Virus record (IMG/VR): IMGVR_UViG_3300029288_000054
Location: 32,001-96,000 of that record
Direction: 5' to 3' (one strand)
Length of the DNA: 64,000 bases
Source of the DNA: a virus
Taxonomy: Duplodnaviria; Heunggongvirae; Uroviricota; Caudoviricetes
Part shown: positions 27,875-37,492 of the stretch, in pieces
Layout of the letters: the number at the start of each line of letters is the position of its first letter
How positions within the stretch are numbered: position 1 is the first letter of the stretch
Notes under the pieces: generated by a model
Databases searched by the model: none
The model's input: only the letters and a program-made list of their open reading frames with translations
What the model was told of the DNA's origin: nothing
Position numbers and translations under genes: made by a program

Positions 27875-29296
27875 TTAAAACCTATTGAAATGCCGAGATA
27901 AACAGAAATCTAAAGGAACGTCATCGAGATCGCTACCAAGCTTCAATATTGTTGTGGCTCCAAAAGGGATACCATATATAATGCCGCTTGGTGCTAATAT
28001 CATACCGGTAAATTTGTAATCTTCAGCGGCAAGCGCTCCGAAAGTGGTAACAATATCAGTCGTTGGATCGATCTTCAATACCTGCAATATTGAAGAGTAG
28101 TATGGAGCGCAGTAGATCATTCCGTTTGGCGCTAGAGCACCAGTCCTCCATTTATATGTTGTTGTACCGAGACTGCCAAATGTCGTTGCCGTGTCTGTCG
28201 AAGGATCGACTTTTAGAACCGTCGCACTTGAATATGGAACTCCGTAGATACAGCCACTTGTGGCCGACATACCACCAAACCATTTGAATGTCCCAGTTAA
28301 TGATCCGAAAGTCGTTGCCGTGTCTGTCGAAGGATCGACTTTTAGAACCGTTGTGCTTGAATATGGAATTCCGTAGATGCAACCGTTTGGAGCGAGACAA
28401 CAACCCACCCATTTTGAACCAGCACCAAGACTACCAAAGGTTGTGGCCGTGTTGGTTGTTGGGTCGATCTTTAAAATAGACGTGTTGTTACATGGGACAC
28501 CATAAATCATGCCGTTGGCCGCTAGTACCGCACCGGACCAGTCGCTAGCACCGGTACCGATCCCATCAGCAAATGTTGTTGACGTATCGGTGGACGGATC
28601 GATCCTTAGAATAGCAGTGCTAGTAAATGGCACTGCATATATGTAACCATTAGGAGCTAGTACACCGCCACGCCATTTCGCACTACCAGCATAGTCGTCG
28701 AAGGTAGTCGCTGTATCTGTGGTCGGATCGATTTTCAATATTGAAGTACTGGTATATGGTATGCCATAAATCATACCGTTTGGTGCTATTACACCGCCCG
28801 CCCATTTATTGCCACCAGTGCTAAAACTTCCGAATGTTGTTGCGATTTGATTAAAGCAAGCTGCATTTGCTTCCGCTCTGACATCGATTGCCTGCCGTGT
28901 CTGTGTCCAGGCTAGGCTATCCGTCGACCAAAGCGGGAAGTCGCCGTGATTTACAACGTCTGTATTAGGTAGTGTTTGTATTCTGCCAGATCCAGATACA
29001 AGTGGTGCTTGATATTCTGCTGTAGTAGCGACCGACAATGGGCCAGCCAATTGACTAAGCACTATCGTGCTTGATCCATTGAGGTCATAATATGGGTCTG
29101 CGGTCAGGACTTCTATTATCTGTCTGCAAGCTGATGATGAGCCATAAGTATATGGAGGCAACGCATTGCCGCCGCTGACTAGAATTTCAACGATCTGTCT
29201 GGTCGTTCTCGATGTTCCGTAAGTATATGGCGGTAGTATATTGCCAGTCACCAAAACTTCAATTATTTGTCTCGTAGCACGTGCTGTTCCAGCCAT
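27875..29296 (-). CDS. Beta-propeller repeat protein P2 with three N-terminal RxTRQxxEVL repeats
   Basis: Start reassigned to MAGTARATRQ (TAATG overlap). Close paralogue of P3. Confidence 0.85.
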   Translation of the reverse strand: MAGTARATRQIIEVLVTGNILPPYTYGTSRTTRQIVEILVSGGNALPPYTYGSSSACRQIIEVLTADPYYDLNGSSTIVLSQLAGPLSVATTAEYQAPLVSGSGRIQTLPNTDVVNHGDFPLWSTDSLAWTQTRQAIDVRAEANAACFNQIATTFGSFSTGGNKWAGGVIAPNGMIYGIPYTSTSILKIDPTTDTATTFDDYAGSAKWRGGVLAPNGYIYAVPFTSTAILRIDPSTDTSTTFADGIGTGASDWSGAVLAANGMIYGVPCNNTSILKIDPTTNTATTFGSLGAGSKWVGCCLAPNGCIYGIPYSSTTVLKVDPSTDTATTFGSLTGTFKWFGGMSATSGCIYGVPYSSATVLKVDPSTDTATTFGSLGTTTYKWRTGALAPNGMIYCAPYYSSILQVLKIDPTTDIVTTFGALAAEDYKFTGMILAPSGIIYGIPFGATTILKLGSDLDDVPLDFCLSRHFNRF

Positions 29297-30312
29297 TACA
29301 TCACCCTCACTCCAATCAATGCCGATCCTAAACCAGCTATCGTCCAAGGTTGTCCGGTGTTTGGATCTATCGTACTGATATGTCGCACGTCGCCATAAGA
29401 CGAGCTACTTAGTACTGTATCAGGCCCTAATTCAGTGACGCCGTTTGATACGATAGGTGCTTCGAACACAATCGATACGCCTGCAGACAAAGCAACAGTA
29501 GAATTAACCTGTAATCCTAAAATAGTACCAGAACCAACTAGTGTTGGATATTCATATAGATCTGTGTTTGCTTGTGTGCTAGTTGAGACGTAATCTGTAG
29601 CAGCATTTGGCGGGTTTTCATCCACAAGATTATAGTGTGTTGAGCCGGTACTGGGTGCCCATTGTACTGTCGCCGTATCGGCCTTAGGAAAAATCCCGAC
29701 GACATTGCAGACACCTTGAAAGTTATTCAAGCTGGTGCCGGTACCATCACATATATAATAATCATCAATATAACCATATTCAAGATAGATTCTAACTCGA
29801 TCACAAAAAGCGTCAGCACCATTCTTCGTATCTATGCCGGATATCGACACGACTGTTGCGCCATTAATGCGTACTTCTACAGCTCCGCTTGTGTCGTGAC
29901 AGAACGACTTGACTTCAACATAATACCACGTATTGGTTAATAAAGTTGACGCTAATGTTGTTGTACTTAATGTAGTAGAACCGCGTTTAAGGACGACGGT
30001 TGATGGTACTGTTGGGTTAAATGTTACGTTTATACCTGCAGTCGCATTATCGACAAACGAAATAGCTCCAAAAGCATTTGTCTGTAGAAAGTAAAACGCA
30101 CAGCCAACAATGAGTGTTGGATCAATTGTCAAGGCTGGCGTAATAAAGCTCCAATTTATGTAGGCCGAATTCCAGCAATAACCAGAGACTCGGCCAGCAG
30201 CAATATATAAGTTACTAGCGGAAGAATCGGGATATCTATATTGTAATGACGCATTTGCAACACTGCCACTTGTCCCGTATCCTTCGAATCCATCTATCCA
30301 GATCAATGCCAT
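29296..30312 (-). CDS. LamG/ConA-like putative tail adhesin, array copy L9
   Basis: MALIWIDGFEGYG..WYYVEVK..VEVRING..DDYYICD..IGVRVM. Confidence 0.8.
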   Translation of the reverse strand: MALIWIDGFEGYGTSGSVANASLQYRYPDSSASNLYIAAGRVSGYCWNSAYINWSFITPALTIDPTLIVGCAFYFLQTNAFGAISFVDNATAGINVTFNPTVPSTVVLKRGSTTLSTTTLASTLLTNTWYYVEVKSFCHDTSGAVEVRINGATVVSISGIDTKNGADAFCDRVRIYLEYGYIDDYYICDGTGTSLNNFQGVCNVVGIFPKADTATVQWAPSTGSTHYNLVDENPPNAATDYVSTSTQANTDLYEYPTLVGSGTILGLQVNSTVALSAGVSIVFEAPIVSNGVTELGPDTVLSSSSYGDVRHISTIDPNTGQPWTIAGLGSALIGVRVM

Positions 30313-30322
30313 TTTAACCTCA

Positions 30323-31339
30323 CTACATAACTTTTAGACCGATTTGTGCTTCTGCAAGATTTGCTGCTGTCCAACCTGCTCCTGTATTCGGGTCTGTTTC
30401 ACTTATTCGGCGTATTTCTCCAAAAGTAGTACTTGTTAATGTCGTATCGACACCAAGGTCTATTACGCTATTTGATGAAATTGGTGCTTCGATAATTATT
30501 CCTATTCCAGATGCAAGTTTGCAGATGGTCGAAATTTGAATCCCGATTATAGTGTTCGCTATGCTCAGCATCTGATAATTATATAAGTCTATCTGTGCTT
30601 GTGTGCCGCTAGAGACGTAATCTGTCGTACTGTATGGATTTTCGTCGACTAGATTATAGTGCGTTAAACCAGTGCTTGGAGTCCATTGGACGGTTGCGGT
30701 GTCAGCTTTTGGTAATAATGGAAGTATCTTACAGACGCCCTGAAAATCGTTTGTAGTTGTACCAGAACTGTCGCAGATGTAAAAATCATCGTACCAGCAC
30801 CAATTAGATGATGAGAGTCTGACCTTATTATGGCACAGGTTTGTTCCAGCTTGTGTATTGATATCTGTAAGTGATATAATTGAAGTACCATTTATTCTTA
30901 TTTCCACAGTCCCAGCAGTAGGATGACAGAACACCTTAAGCTCGAAGTAGTACCAAGCGCCAGTCTGTAATGCTGGAACGATGTTAGTAGTATTAATGAC
31001 TGTACCACCTAGCTTCACTACTATAGTCGATGTAGGAGCAGTCGCACTAATAACTATATTCAAGCCGATGACTGCAGTATCTAGAAACGTTAGCGTTGCT
31101 GTGGTAGTGGTACCTTCGAAGTATAATGCTATGCCCGTAATCAGTGTTTGGTCGCCTGTTAATACGGGCGTCGTAAATGAGTTGGTATAGGATTGCATAC
31201 TGTAGCCAGTTGATCGACCGGCTTTTAAATAGCAATTGCTAGTACTAGAGCCAGGATATCTGAAAGTTAAACTAGAAGACGGCGTACCACCTACTGTCAC
31301 GCCATAACTCTCAAATCCGTCTATCCAAAGCAGTGCCAT
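30323..31339 (-). CDS. LamG/ConA-like putative tail adhesin, array copy L8
   Basis: Same framework; ends IGLKVM. Confidence 0.8.
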   Translation of the reverse strand: MALLWIDGFESYGVTVGGTPSSSLTFRYPGSSTSNCYLKAGRSTGYSMQSYTNSFTTPVLTGDQTLITGIALYFEGTTTTATLTFLDTAVIGLNIVISATAPTSTIVVKLGGTVINTTNIVPALQTGAWYYFELKVFCHPTAGTVEIRINGTSIISLTDINTQAGTNLCHNKVRLSSSNWCWYDDFYICDSSGTTTNDFQGVCKILPLLPKADTATVQWTPSTGLTHYNLVDENPYSTTDYVSSGTQAQIDLYNYQMLSIANTIIGIQISTICKLASGIGIIIEAPISSNSVIDLGVDTTLTSTTFGEIRRISETDPNTGAGWTAANLAEAQIGLKVM

Positions 31340-32380
31340 TTACATCACCCTCACGCCTATCTGTGCTGCGTTCAATCCAGCCGCCGTCCATGGTTGATTT
31401 GTGTTCGGATCGAATTCACTTATATGTTGATATTCATAATAGCTGCTACTGGTTAGAGTGTAATCGGGGCCGAGATCAGTCGCCCCATTTGATACAATAG
31501 GCGACTCAAGAATAATAGAATCACCGGCAGATAACGATGCCTCTGTGTTAAGCTGAATACCAAGAATTTCACCATTACCATCGTAATTAATCAAGCTTGG
31601 GTAAGTAAAAAGATCTGTATCAGTTTGTGTACTGCTAGAAATATAAGTAGTATTGCCATCTGCTGGATTTTCATCTACTCTGTTATAATGAGTGGTGCCT
31701 GAATTTGGTGTCCAATCTACAATCTCAGTGTCTGCACTTGGAAATAAACCTATTATTCTGCATATACCTTGAAACCCATTTACTCCAGAGCCAGTGGCAT
31801 CACAGATATAGAAGTCATCTAAAAATTGTTTCAGATATAATGATATTCTGACCTTATCGTGATATGTATTTGCACCAGCTTGAGTATTAATACCGGCTAG
31901 CAGTATAATTGTTTTACCATCTATCCGTACCTCTACTGTACCGCTTGTTGGATGACAAAACACTTTCATTTCCAAATAGTACCAAGTATCAAGCAGCAAC
32001 GTGCTGCTAGAATATGTTGCGAGTGTCGTGTCACCAAGACTTAATGTTATGATGGATGGATAGTTGTGAGGATGAATCGTTATATTAATGCCTTTAGTAG
32101 CTCCATCAAATAATTCAATCGTTGTTATAGCTTCGACAACCTGCCACGATAACGCACATCCGATTGTTAGTGTTGGGTCGATTGTCAGAGCAGGTGTTGT
32201 TATGGCACTTGTTGCACCAGTAGTAAAATGATAGCAGCAATATCCACCAACCCGACCAACTCCGACATACCAGCGATCGTCTTGTACACCGTAGCGTCTT
32301 TGTTGCAATAGAGACGTTATGGCTGAAGAGATCTGTGGCGGGCCATATCCCTCGAATCCGTCTATCCAAAGCAATGCCAT
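31340..32380 (-). CDS. LamG/ConA-like putative tail adhesin, array copy L7
   Basis: Same framework; ends IGVRVM. Confidence 0.8.
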   Translation of the reverse strand: MALLWIDGFEGYGPPQISSAITSLLQQRRYGVQDDRWYVGVGRVGGYCCYHFTTGATSAITTPALTIDPTLTIGCALSWQVVEAITTIELFDGATKGINITIHPHNYPSIITLSLGDTTLATYSSSTLLLDTWYYLEMKVFCHPTSGTVEVRIDGKTIILLAGINTQAGANTYHDKVRISLYLKQFLDDFYICDATGSGVNGFQGICRIIGLFPSADTEIVDWTPNSGTTHYNRVDENPADGNTTYISSSTQTDTDLFTYPSLINYDGNGEILGIQLNTEASLSAGDSIILESPIVSNGATDLGPDYTLTSSSYYEYQHISEFDPNTNQPWTAAGLNAAQIGVRVM

Positions 32381-33400
32381 TTACATCACCTTTATTCCAA
32401 ATTGCGCTGCAGCTAAGCCTTCTATTGTCCAAGGTTCTCCTGTGTTGGGGTCTACTTCACTAATATGTCTCAATTCTTGATAGCTAGAGCTTGAATAAAC
32501 AGATTTTGGTCCTAAATCGACTATATCATTCGATACGATCGGGGCCTCAATAATCACTGATGTACCACTATTCAACATAACCATAGAGCTTATTTGTATT
32601 CCAAGAATAGGATCGGTCCTAATTATACTTGGGTAAGAGTATAAATCCTCTTGTGCTTGCACATTACCTAATACATAACCTGCGGTATCAGGTGGATTTT
32701 CATTCACCAGATTATAGTGTGTTATCCCAGTGCTTGGTGTCCACTGGTTTGTTTCTGTGTCAGCATCCGGAAATAAACCGATAATTGAGCATATACCCTG
32801 AAAATCGTTGCATGCAGTTCCAGAGCCATCACAGATGTAAAAGTCGTCTGTCCACGAATGTGGTGTCATGTCGAATCTAACTATATTGTGGAAAGCATCT
32901 ATACCTGCTTGTGTATTGATATCAGCAATAGACACGATTGTTGTGCCATTTAGACGAACTTCAATGCTACCGTTTGTTGGATGGCATACCACTTTCATTT
33001 CGATATAGTACCATACATTCATTAAAAATGTGAAATCGGTGAAAGTGTCGACAACAGATCCTCCTACTTTTACAACGATAGTTGAGGGGCTACTTGCACT
33101 TAGTCTAATATTGACGCCTTGCTGTGAATTATCATAAAACGAAATAATCTGAGTATAAGTTGTGGCGTCCCACATGAATGCGGCACCGAAAATAAGCGTG
33201 GGATCTTCTGTTAATGGTGGCGTCCAAAATCCAGTAACAGTACTATTTGCTGTGTTATGGTATGAAAATCCAGATAACCGTCCGACACCCACACCGGCAT
33301 ATGCTCCGCCATAGACGCCATAGCCACGCTGCGAGAGCTTGGTGTCGAGAGCACCAGTCGTCCCGTATCCTTCAAATCCGTCTATCCAAAGTAAAGCCAT
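32381..33400 (-). CDS. LamG/ConA-like putative tail adhesin, array copy L6
   Basis: Same framework; ends FGIKVM. Confidence 0.8.
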   Translation of the reverse strand: MALLWIDGFEGYGTTGALDTKLSQRGYGVYGGAYAGVGVGRLSGFSYHNTANSTVTGFWTPPLTEDPTLIFGAAFMWDATTYTQIISFYDNSQQGVNIRLSASSPSTIVVKVGGSVVDTFTDFTFLMNVWYYIEMKVVCHPTNGSIEVRLNGTTIVSIADINTQAGIDAFHNIVRFDMTPHSWTDDFYICDGSGTACNDFQGICSIIGLFPDADTETNQWTPSTGITHYNLVNENPPDTAGYVLGNVQAQEDLYSYPSIIRTDPILGIQISSMVMLNSGTSVIIEAPIVSNDIVDLGPKSVYSSSSYQELRHISEVDPNTGEPWTIEGLAAAQFGIKVM

Positions 33401-34431
33401 TACATCACCCTCACGCCTATTTGTGCTGCGTTCAGTCCATCTACCGTCCAGACAGAACCGGTGTGCGGATTTGTCGTACTGATATGTTTAAAGTCCGTAT
33501 AGGTGCCGCTCGTCAGCGTATAGTCAGGACCTAAATCGGTAGTCCCATCCGATACTACCGGTGTTTGTAGAACAATCGAAGTACCATCCGATAGCATCGC
33601 TTGTGTGTTCAATTGGAATCCAATGATCGTACCAGTACCGATTAGATCTGGATATGTGTAAAGATCGGTATTGGTTTGAGTACTGCTAAAAATATAATCA
33701 CTGGTATTTGGTGGGTTGCTATCAACGAGGTTGTAGTGTGTGCTCCCAGAACTTGGTGTCCATTCGATAGTGTCTGTATCGGCGTTCGGTAGTAGGCCGA
33801 CCACTTTACAAACGCCCTGTAAGTTGTTGACTGTCGTACCAGAACCATCACAAACATAAAAATCGTCAAGATAATTAAATTGGGCACCAGTTAAGCTCAC
33901 TTTATCGTGATATGCATGAGCACCAGTCTGTGTGTTAATGCCTGTTAGTGATATGACCGTAACTCCATCTATCCGTACCTCTACTGTACCACTCGTAGGA
34001 TGGCAGAACACTTTCATTTCTAGGTGATACCACTCACTATATCGCATAGTAAAAGAAGAATATGTAGTGATTGTACTTGCGCCAAGATTTAATGTGAGTG
34101 TCGACGGTGCAGTCGGTCTCAATATAGCATTTATCCCAAGTGTCGCTCCATCATAGAAATTAATCGATGATGTGTTATTGCCAAAAAACATAAAAGCACA
34201 ACCTGCTATCAATGTCGAATCTGTTGTTAGTGCTGGAGTAGTGAATATCACCTTATTTAGGCTGTCATGTGCGACGTTATTACGTATGCTATAACCAAAC
34301 ATTTTCCCTGCTGCGATATAAGTGTAGCTAGAAACGTCTGAGTAACCACGTGCGGCTAAAATAGAAGAGCTGACATAGCTACCAGTAACCACTCCGTATC
34401 CTTCGAATCCATCTATCCAAAGTAATGCCAT
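33400..34431 (-). CDS. LamG/ConA-like putative tail adhesin, array copy L5
   Basis: Same framework; ends IGVRVM. Confidence 0.8.
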   Translation of the reverse strand: MALLWIDGFEGYGVVTGSYVSSSILAARGYSDVSSYTYIAAGKMFGYSIRNNVAHDSLNKVIFTTPALTTDSTLIAGCAFMFFGNNTSSINFYDGATLGINAILRPTAPSTLTLNLGASTITTYSSFTMRYSEWYHLEMKVFCHPTSGTVEVRIDGVTVISLTGINTQTGAHAYHDKVSLTGAQFNYLDDFYVCDGSGTTVNNLQGVCKVVGLLPNADTDTIEWTPSSGSTHYNLVDSNPPNTSDYIFSSTQTNTDLYTYPDLIGTGTIIGFQLNTQAMLSDGTSIVLQTPVVSDGTTDLGPDYTLTSGTYTDFKHISTTNPHTGSVWTVDGLNAAQIGVRVM

Positions 34432-35454
34432 TTACATTGCCTTTATTCCAATTTGGGCTGCTGCCAAGTCCGCAACCGTCCATGCTGTTCCCGTATCTGG
34501 ATTTGTCATACTGATATGGCGAGCGTCGTAATAAGATGAGCTTAAAATTTGGGTATCTGGTCCAAAATCGATTATCCCGTTTGACACTATTGGTGACTCG
34601 ATAATAACGGATGTACCTGATGGCAGACTCGCTTGTGTGTTTACTTGGATGCCAATGATTGTAGTATCGCCAGTCAGGGAAGGATACGAATATAGATCTG
34701 TATCCGATTGTGTGCCAGTCGAGACGTAATCTGATGTATTTCGCGGATTTTCATTTACCAAATTGTAGTGAGTCGTTCCGGTACTCGGTGCCCATTGTAT
34801 TGTGGCTGTATCAGCATTTGGAAAGATACCAATAACCTTACAGACTCCCTGGAAATCGTTACAGGTCGCACCAGTGCCATCGCAGACGTAAAAATCGTCA
34901 CATTGACTGTGATAACTCCCTCCCAAGCTGACCATATTATAATAGGGCTCAGCTCCCGTTTGTGTATTTATACCACTTAGTGAAATGATTGTCGTGCCGT
35001 TTAGGCGTACTTCAATTGTACCGTCAGTTGGATGACAAAGTACTTTAACTTCTAGATAATACCAGATATTTGTATTAATTAAGACTTGGAAACCAGAAAA
35101 GGTTTCAAGCGCAGTATCGCCCAAGTTCGCCGTAATACTTGATGAAGAGGCTGGATTAAATACGACATTCACACCCAATGTGCCGTTATAATAAAAACTG
35201 ATACCAGCGTAGCGATCACTAAAGGGAAAATAAAAAGCACAGCCAGCTATCAGCGTAGAATCAGTGGTCAGTGCTGGAGTTGTAAGCAAACTCCCAAAGT
35301 TGGATATATTTGGCTTCGCGCCATATCCAAACATTCTTCCAGTAGTTAAGTAAGTAGAGCTATTAACATATGAATAGCCTCTTGCTGGTATGTAGGCATT
35401 GCTACCGATCGTTGTGCCGTATCCTTCGAAGCCTTCGATCCAAAGTAGTGCCAT
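34432..35454 (-). CDS. LamG/ConA-like putative tail adhesin, array copy L4
   Basis: Start reassigned to MALLWIEGFE; ends IGIKAM. Confidence 0.8.
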   Translation of the reverse strand: MALLWIEGFEGYGTTIGSNAYIPARGYSYVNSSTYLTTGRMFGYGAKPNISNFGSLLTTPALTTDSTLIAGCAFYFPFSDRYAGISFYYNGTLGVNVVFNPASSSSITANLGDTALETFSGFQVLINTNIWYYLEVKVLCHPTDGTIEVRLNGTTIISLSGINTQTGAEPYYNMVSLGGSYHSQCDDFYVCDGTGATCNDFQGVCKVIGIFPNADTATIQWAPSTGTTHYNLVNENPRNTSDYVSTGTQSDTDLYSYPSLTGDTTIIGIQVNTQASLPSGTSVIIESPIVSNGIIDFGPDTQILSSSYYDARHISMTNPDTGTAWTVADLAAAQIGIKAM

Positions 35455-36479
35455 TACATCACCCTCATTCCGATATGTGCTGCTGTGAGATCGGCTATTG
35501 TCCACGGTTGGTTTGTATTGGGGTCTATTTCGCTTATGTGTCTTATCTCTACATAGCTTGCACTAGACAACAGATAATCCGGGCCAAGATCGGTTATACC
35601 ATTTGACACAATCGGTGCTTCGACAATTATTGACGCCCCAGCCGATAATATGATCTGTGAGGTTACTTGTAGGCCGATAATGGTGCCGGTACCAATCAAT
35701 GACGGATAATGGTAGAGATCGGTGTCGCCCTGCGTGCTTGTGTAAACATAATCTGTTGTATTCGCAGGATTTTCATCAATGAGATTATAGTGTGTTGTAC
35801 CCGAACTCGTGGTCCATTGTACTGTCTCGGTATCTGAATCTGGAAACAGACCCAGGACTCTACAAGCACCTTGAAAATCATTGCATGTACCTGTACTATC
35901 ACATATATAAAAATCATCAAAGCGCTGTGATTGATATGCTGAAACCTTAACCATATTATGCCAAGCATTCGTACCAGACTGCGTATTGATACCTGTTAAC
36001 GATATAATAGTGACACCATTTAAACGGACTTCTGCAGTACCGCTAGTTGCATGACAAAAAACCTTAAATTCGATGTAGTACCATGTACCGAGTATGAATG
36101 TGAAATCTGTGAAAGTTGCTAACGTAGTAGCTCCGCGTTTAAGCACAATTGTTGATGTTGGGGTAGTTGGAGTCAATGTTATATTTATGCCTAGTGTCGC
36201 ATTATCATATAATGCAAGTGTTGATGTAGAAATTGCGTTTAATGCAGTATAAGCACAACCAACTATGAGCGTCGAATCGGATGTCAGTACTGGTGTCTGA
36301 AATGTAGCTGTTGCTGTGCTATCGGTGTGACCGAATGCACATCCTGTTATTCTGCCCACGGCAAGTTCCATATAACTGCTGCCTGATGCAGTATATCCAC
36401 GGACTCCCAATCTAGCATATAATCCGGCTGTGCCAACAGGGCCGTATCCTTCAAATCCGTCAATCCAAAGTAAAGCCAT
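35454..36479 (-). CDS. LamG/ConA-like putative tail adhesin, array copy L3
   Basis: Start reassigned to MALLWIDGFE; ends IGMRVM. Confidence 0.8.
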   Translation of the reverse strand: MALLWIDGFEGYGPVGTAGLYARLGVRGYTASGSSYMELAVGRITGCAFGHTDSTATATFQTPVLTSDSTLIVGCAYTALNAISTSTLALYDNATLGINITLTPTTPTSTIVLKRGATTLATFTDFTFILGTWYYIEFKVFCHATSGTAEVRLNGVTIISLTGINTQSGTNAWHNMVKVSAYQSQRFDDFYICDSTGTCNDFQGACRVLGLFPDSDTETVQWTTSSGTTHYNLIDENPANTTDYVYTSTQGDTDLYHYPSLIGTGTIIGLQVTSQIILSAGASIIVEAPIVSNGITDLGPDYLLSSASYVEIRHISEIDPNTNQPWTIADLTAAHIGMRVM

Positions 36480-37492
36480 TATATCGCCTTTATCCCAATT
36501 TGTGCTGCGTTTAGACCGTCTATAGTCCATGCAGAACTTGTATATGGATCTGTAGTGCTTATATGCCGATAATCGGCATATGAAGCACTCGTCAGTGTTG
36601 TATCAGGCCCAATTTCAGTGGTTCCGTTTGATATGATTGGTGTTTGTAGGATAATCGACGTTCCAGCAGATAATCGTGCTTGCGTGTTTAACTGCAAGCC
36701 CTTGATCGTACCTGTACCAATTAGATGAGGATAATCATATAGATCCATCAACGTTTGTGTGCTCGTATAGACATAATCGGTATCACCATTTGCCGGATTA
36801 TCGTCTACGAGACTGTAGTGAGTAGATTCTGCACTCGGTGTCCACTGCACTGTATCTGTATCACCGCTTGGCAATAAACCAACGACTTTGCAAATGCCTT
36901 GGAAATCGTTGCATGTCGATCCAGAGCCGTCGCAGACGTAGAAGTCGTCAACATACGTATTTGTGGCAGCGTTGAAATTAAGTTTGTTATGATAGTCATG
37001 AGCACCAGCTTTCGTATTAATGCCGGTGATCGATATTATCGTTTTATTGTCTATTCGTACTTCAACGGAACCGCTAGACGCATGACAGAACACCTTCATT
37101 TCGATATAATGCCATTTCGGCATAGTAGAAAACGACGAGTCCGAAGCGATCGTAGAATTGCCAAGTCTAACTGTCACTGTTGCTGGCGTACCTGGCTGAA
37201 ACGTAACGTTCATGCCGTACGTTCCGTCGTCATACATTCCAAGGTTGATGTAATTACTAGAGCCAAAATAAACAGCACAACCGAATATGAAGGTAGAATC
37301 AGTTGTCAATGCTGGCGTTATTAGCACATTAGATTGACCTACGTTAAAATATAAGCAATAGCCGATTTTGTTGCCTATGCCAATATAATAACTGCCGCCT
37401 GTGTTACCATAACCACGTGCAGCTAATAGACTAGAAGCGATACCATCGGTTCCGCCGTATCCTTCGAATCCATCTATCCAAAGTAGTGCCAT
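36479..37492 (-). CDS. LamG/ConA-like putative tail adhesin, array copy L2
   Basis: Same framework; ends IGIKAI. Confidence 0.8.
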   Translation of the reverse strand: MALLWIDGFEGYGGTDGIASSLLAARGYGNTGGSYYIGIGNKIGYCLYFNVGQSNVLITPALTTDSTFIFGCAVYFGSSNYINLGMYDDGTYGMNVTFQPGTPATVTVRLGNSTIASDSSFSTMPKWHYIEMKVFCHASSGSVEVRIDNKTIISITGINTKAGAHDYHNKLNFNAATNTYVDDFYVCDGSGSTCNDFQGICKVVGLLPSGDTDTVQWTPSAESTHYSLVDDNPANGDTDYVYTSTQTLMDLYDYPHLIGTGTIKGLQLNTQARLSAGTSIILQTPIISNGTTEIGPDTTLTSASYADYRHISTTDPYTSSAWTIDGLNAAQIGIKAI

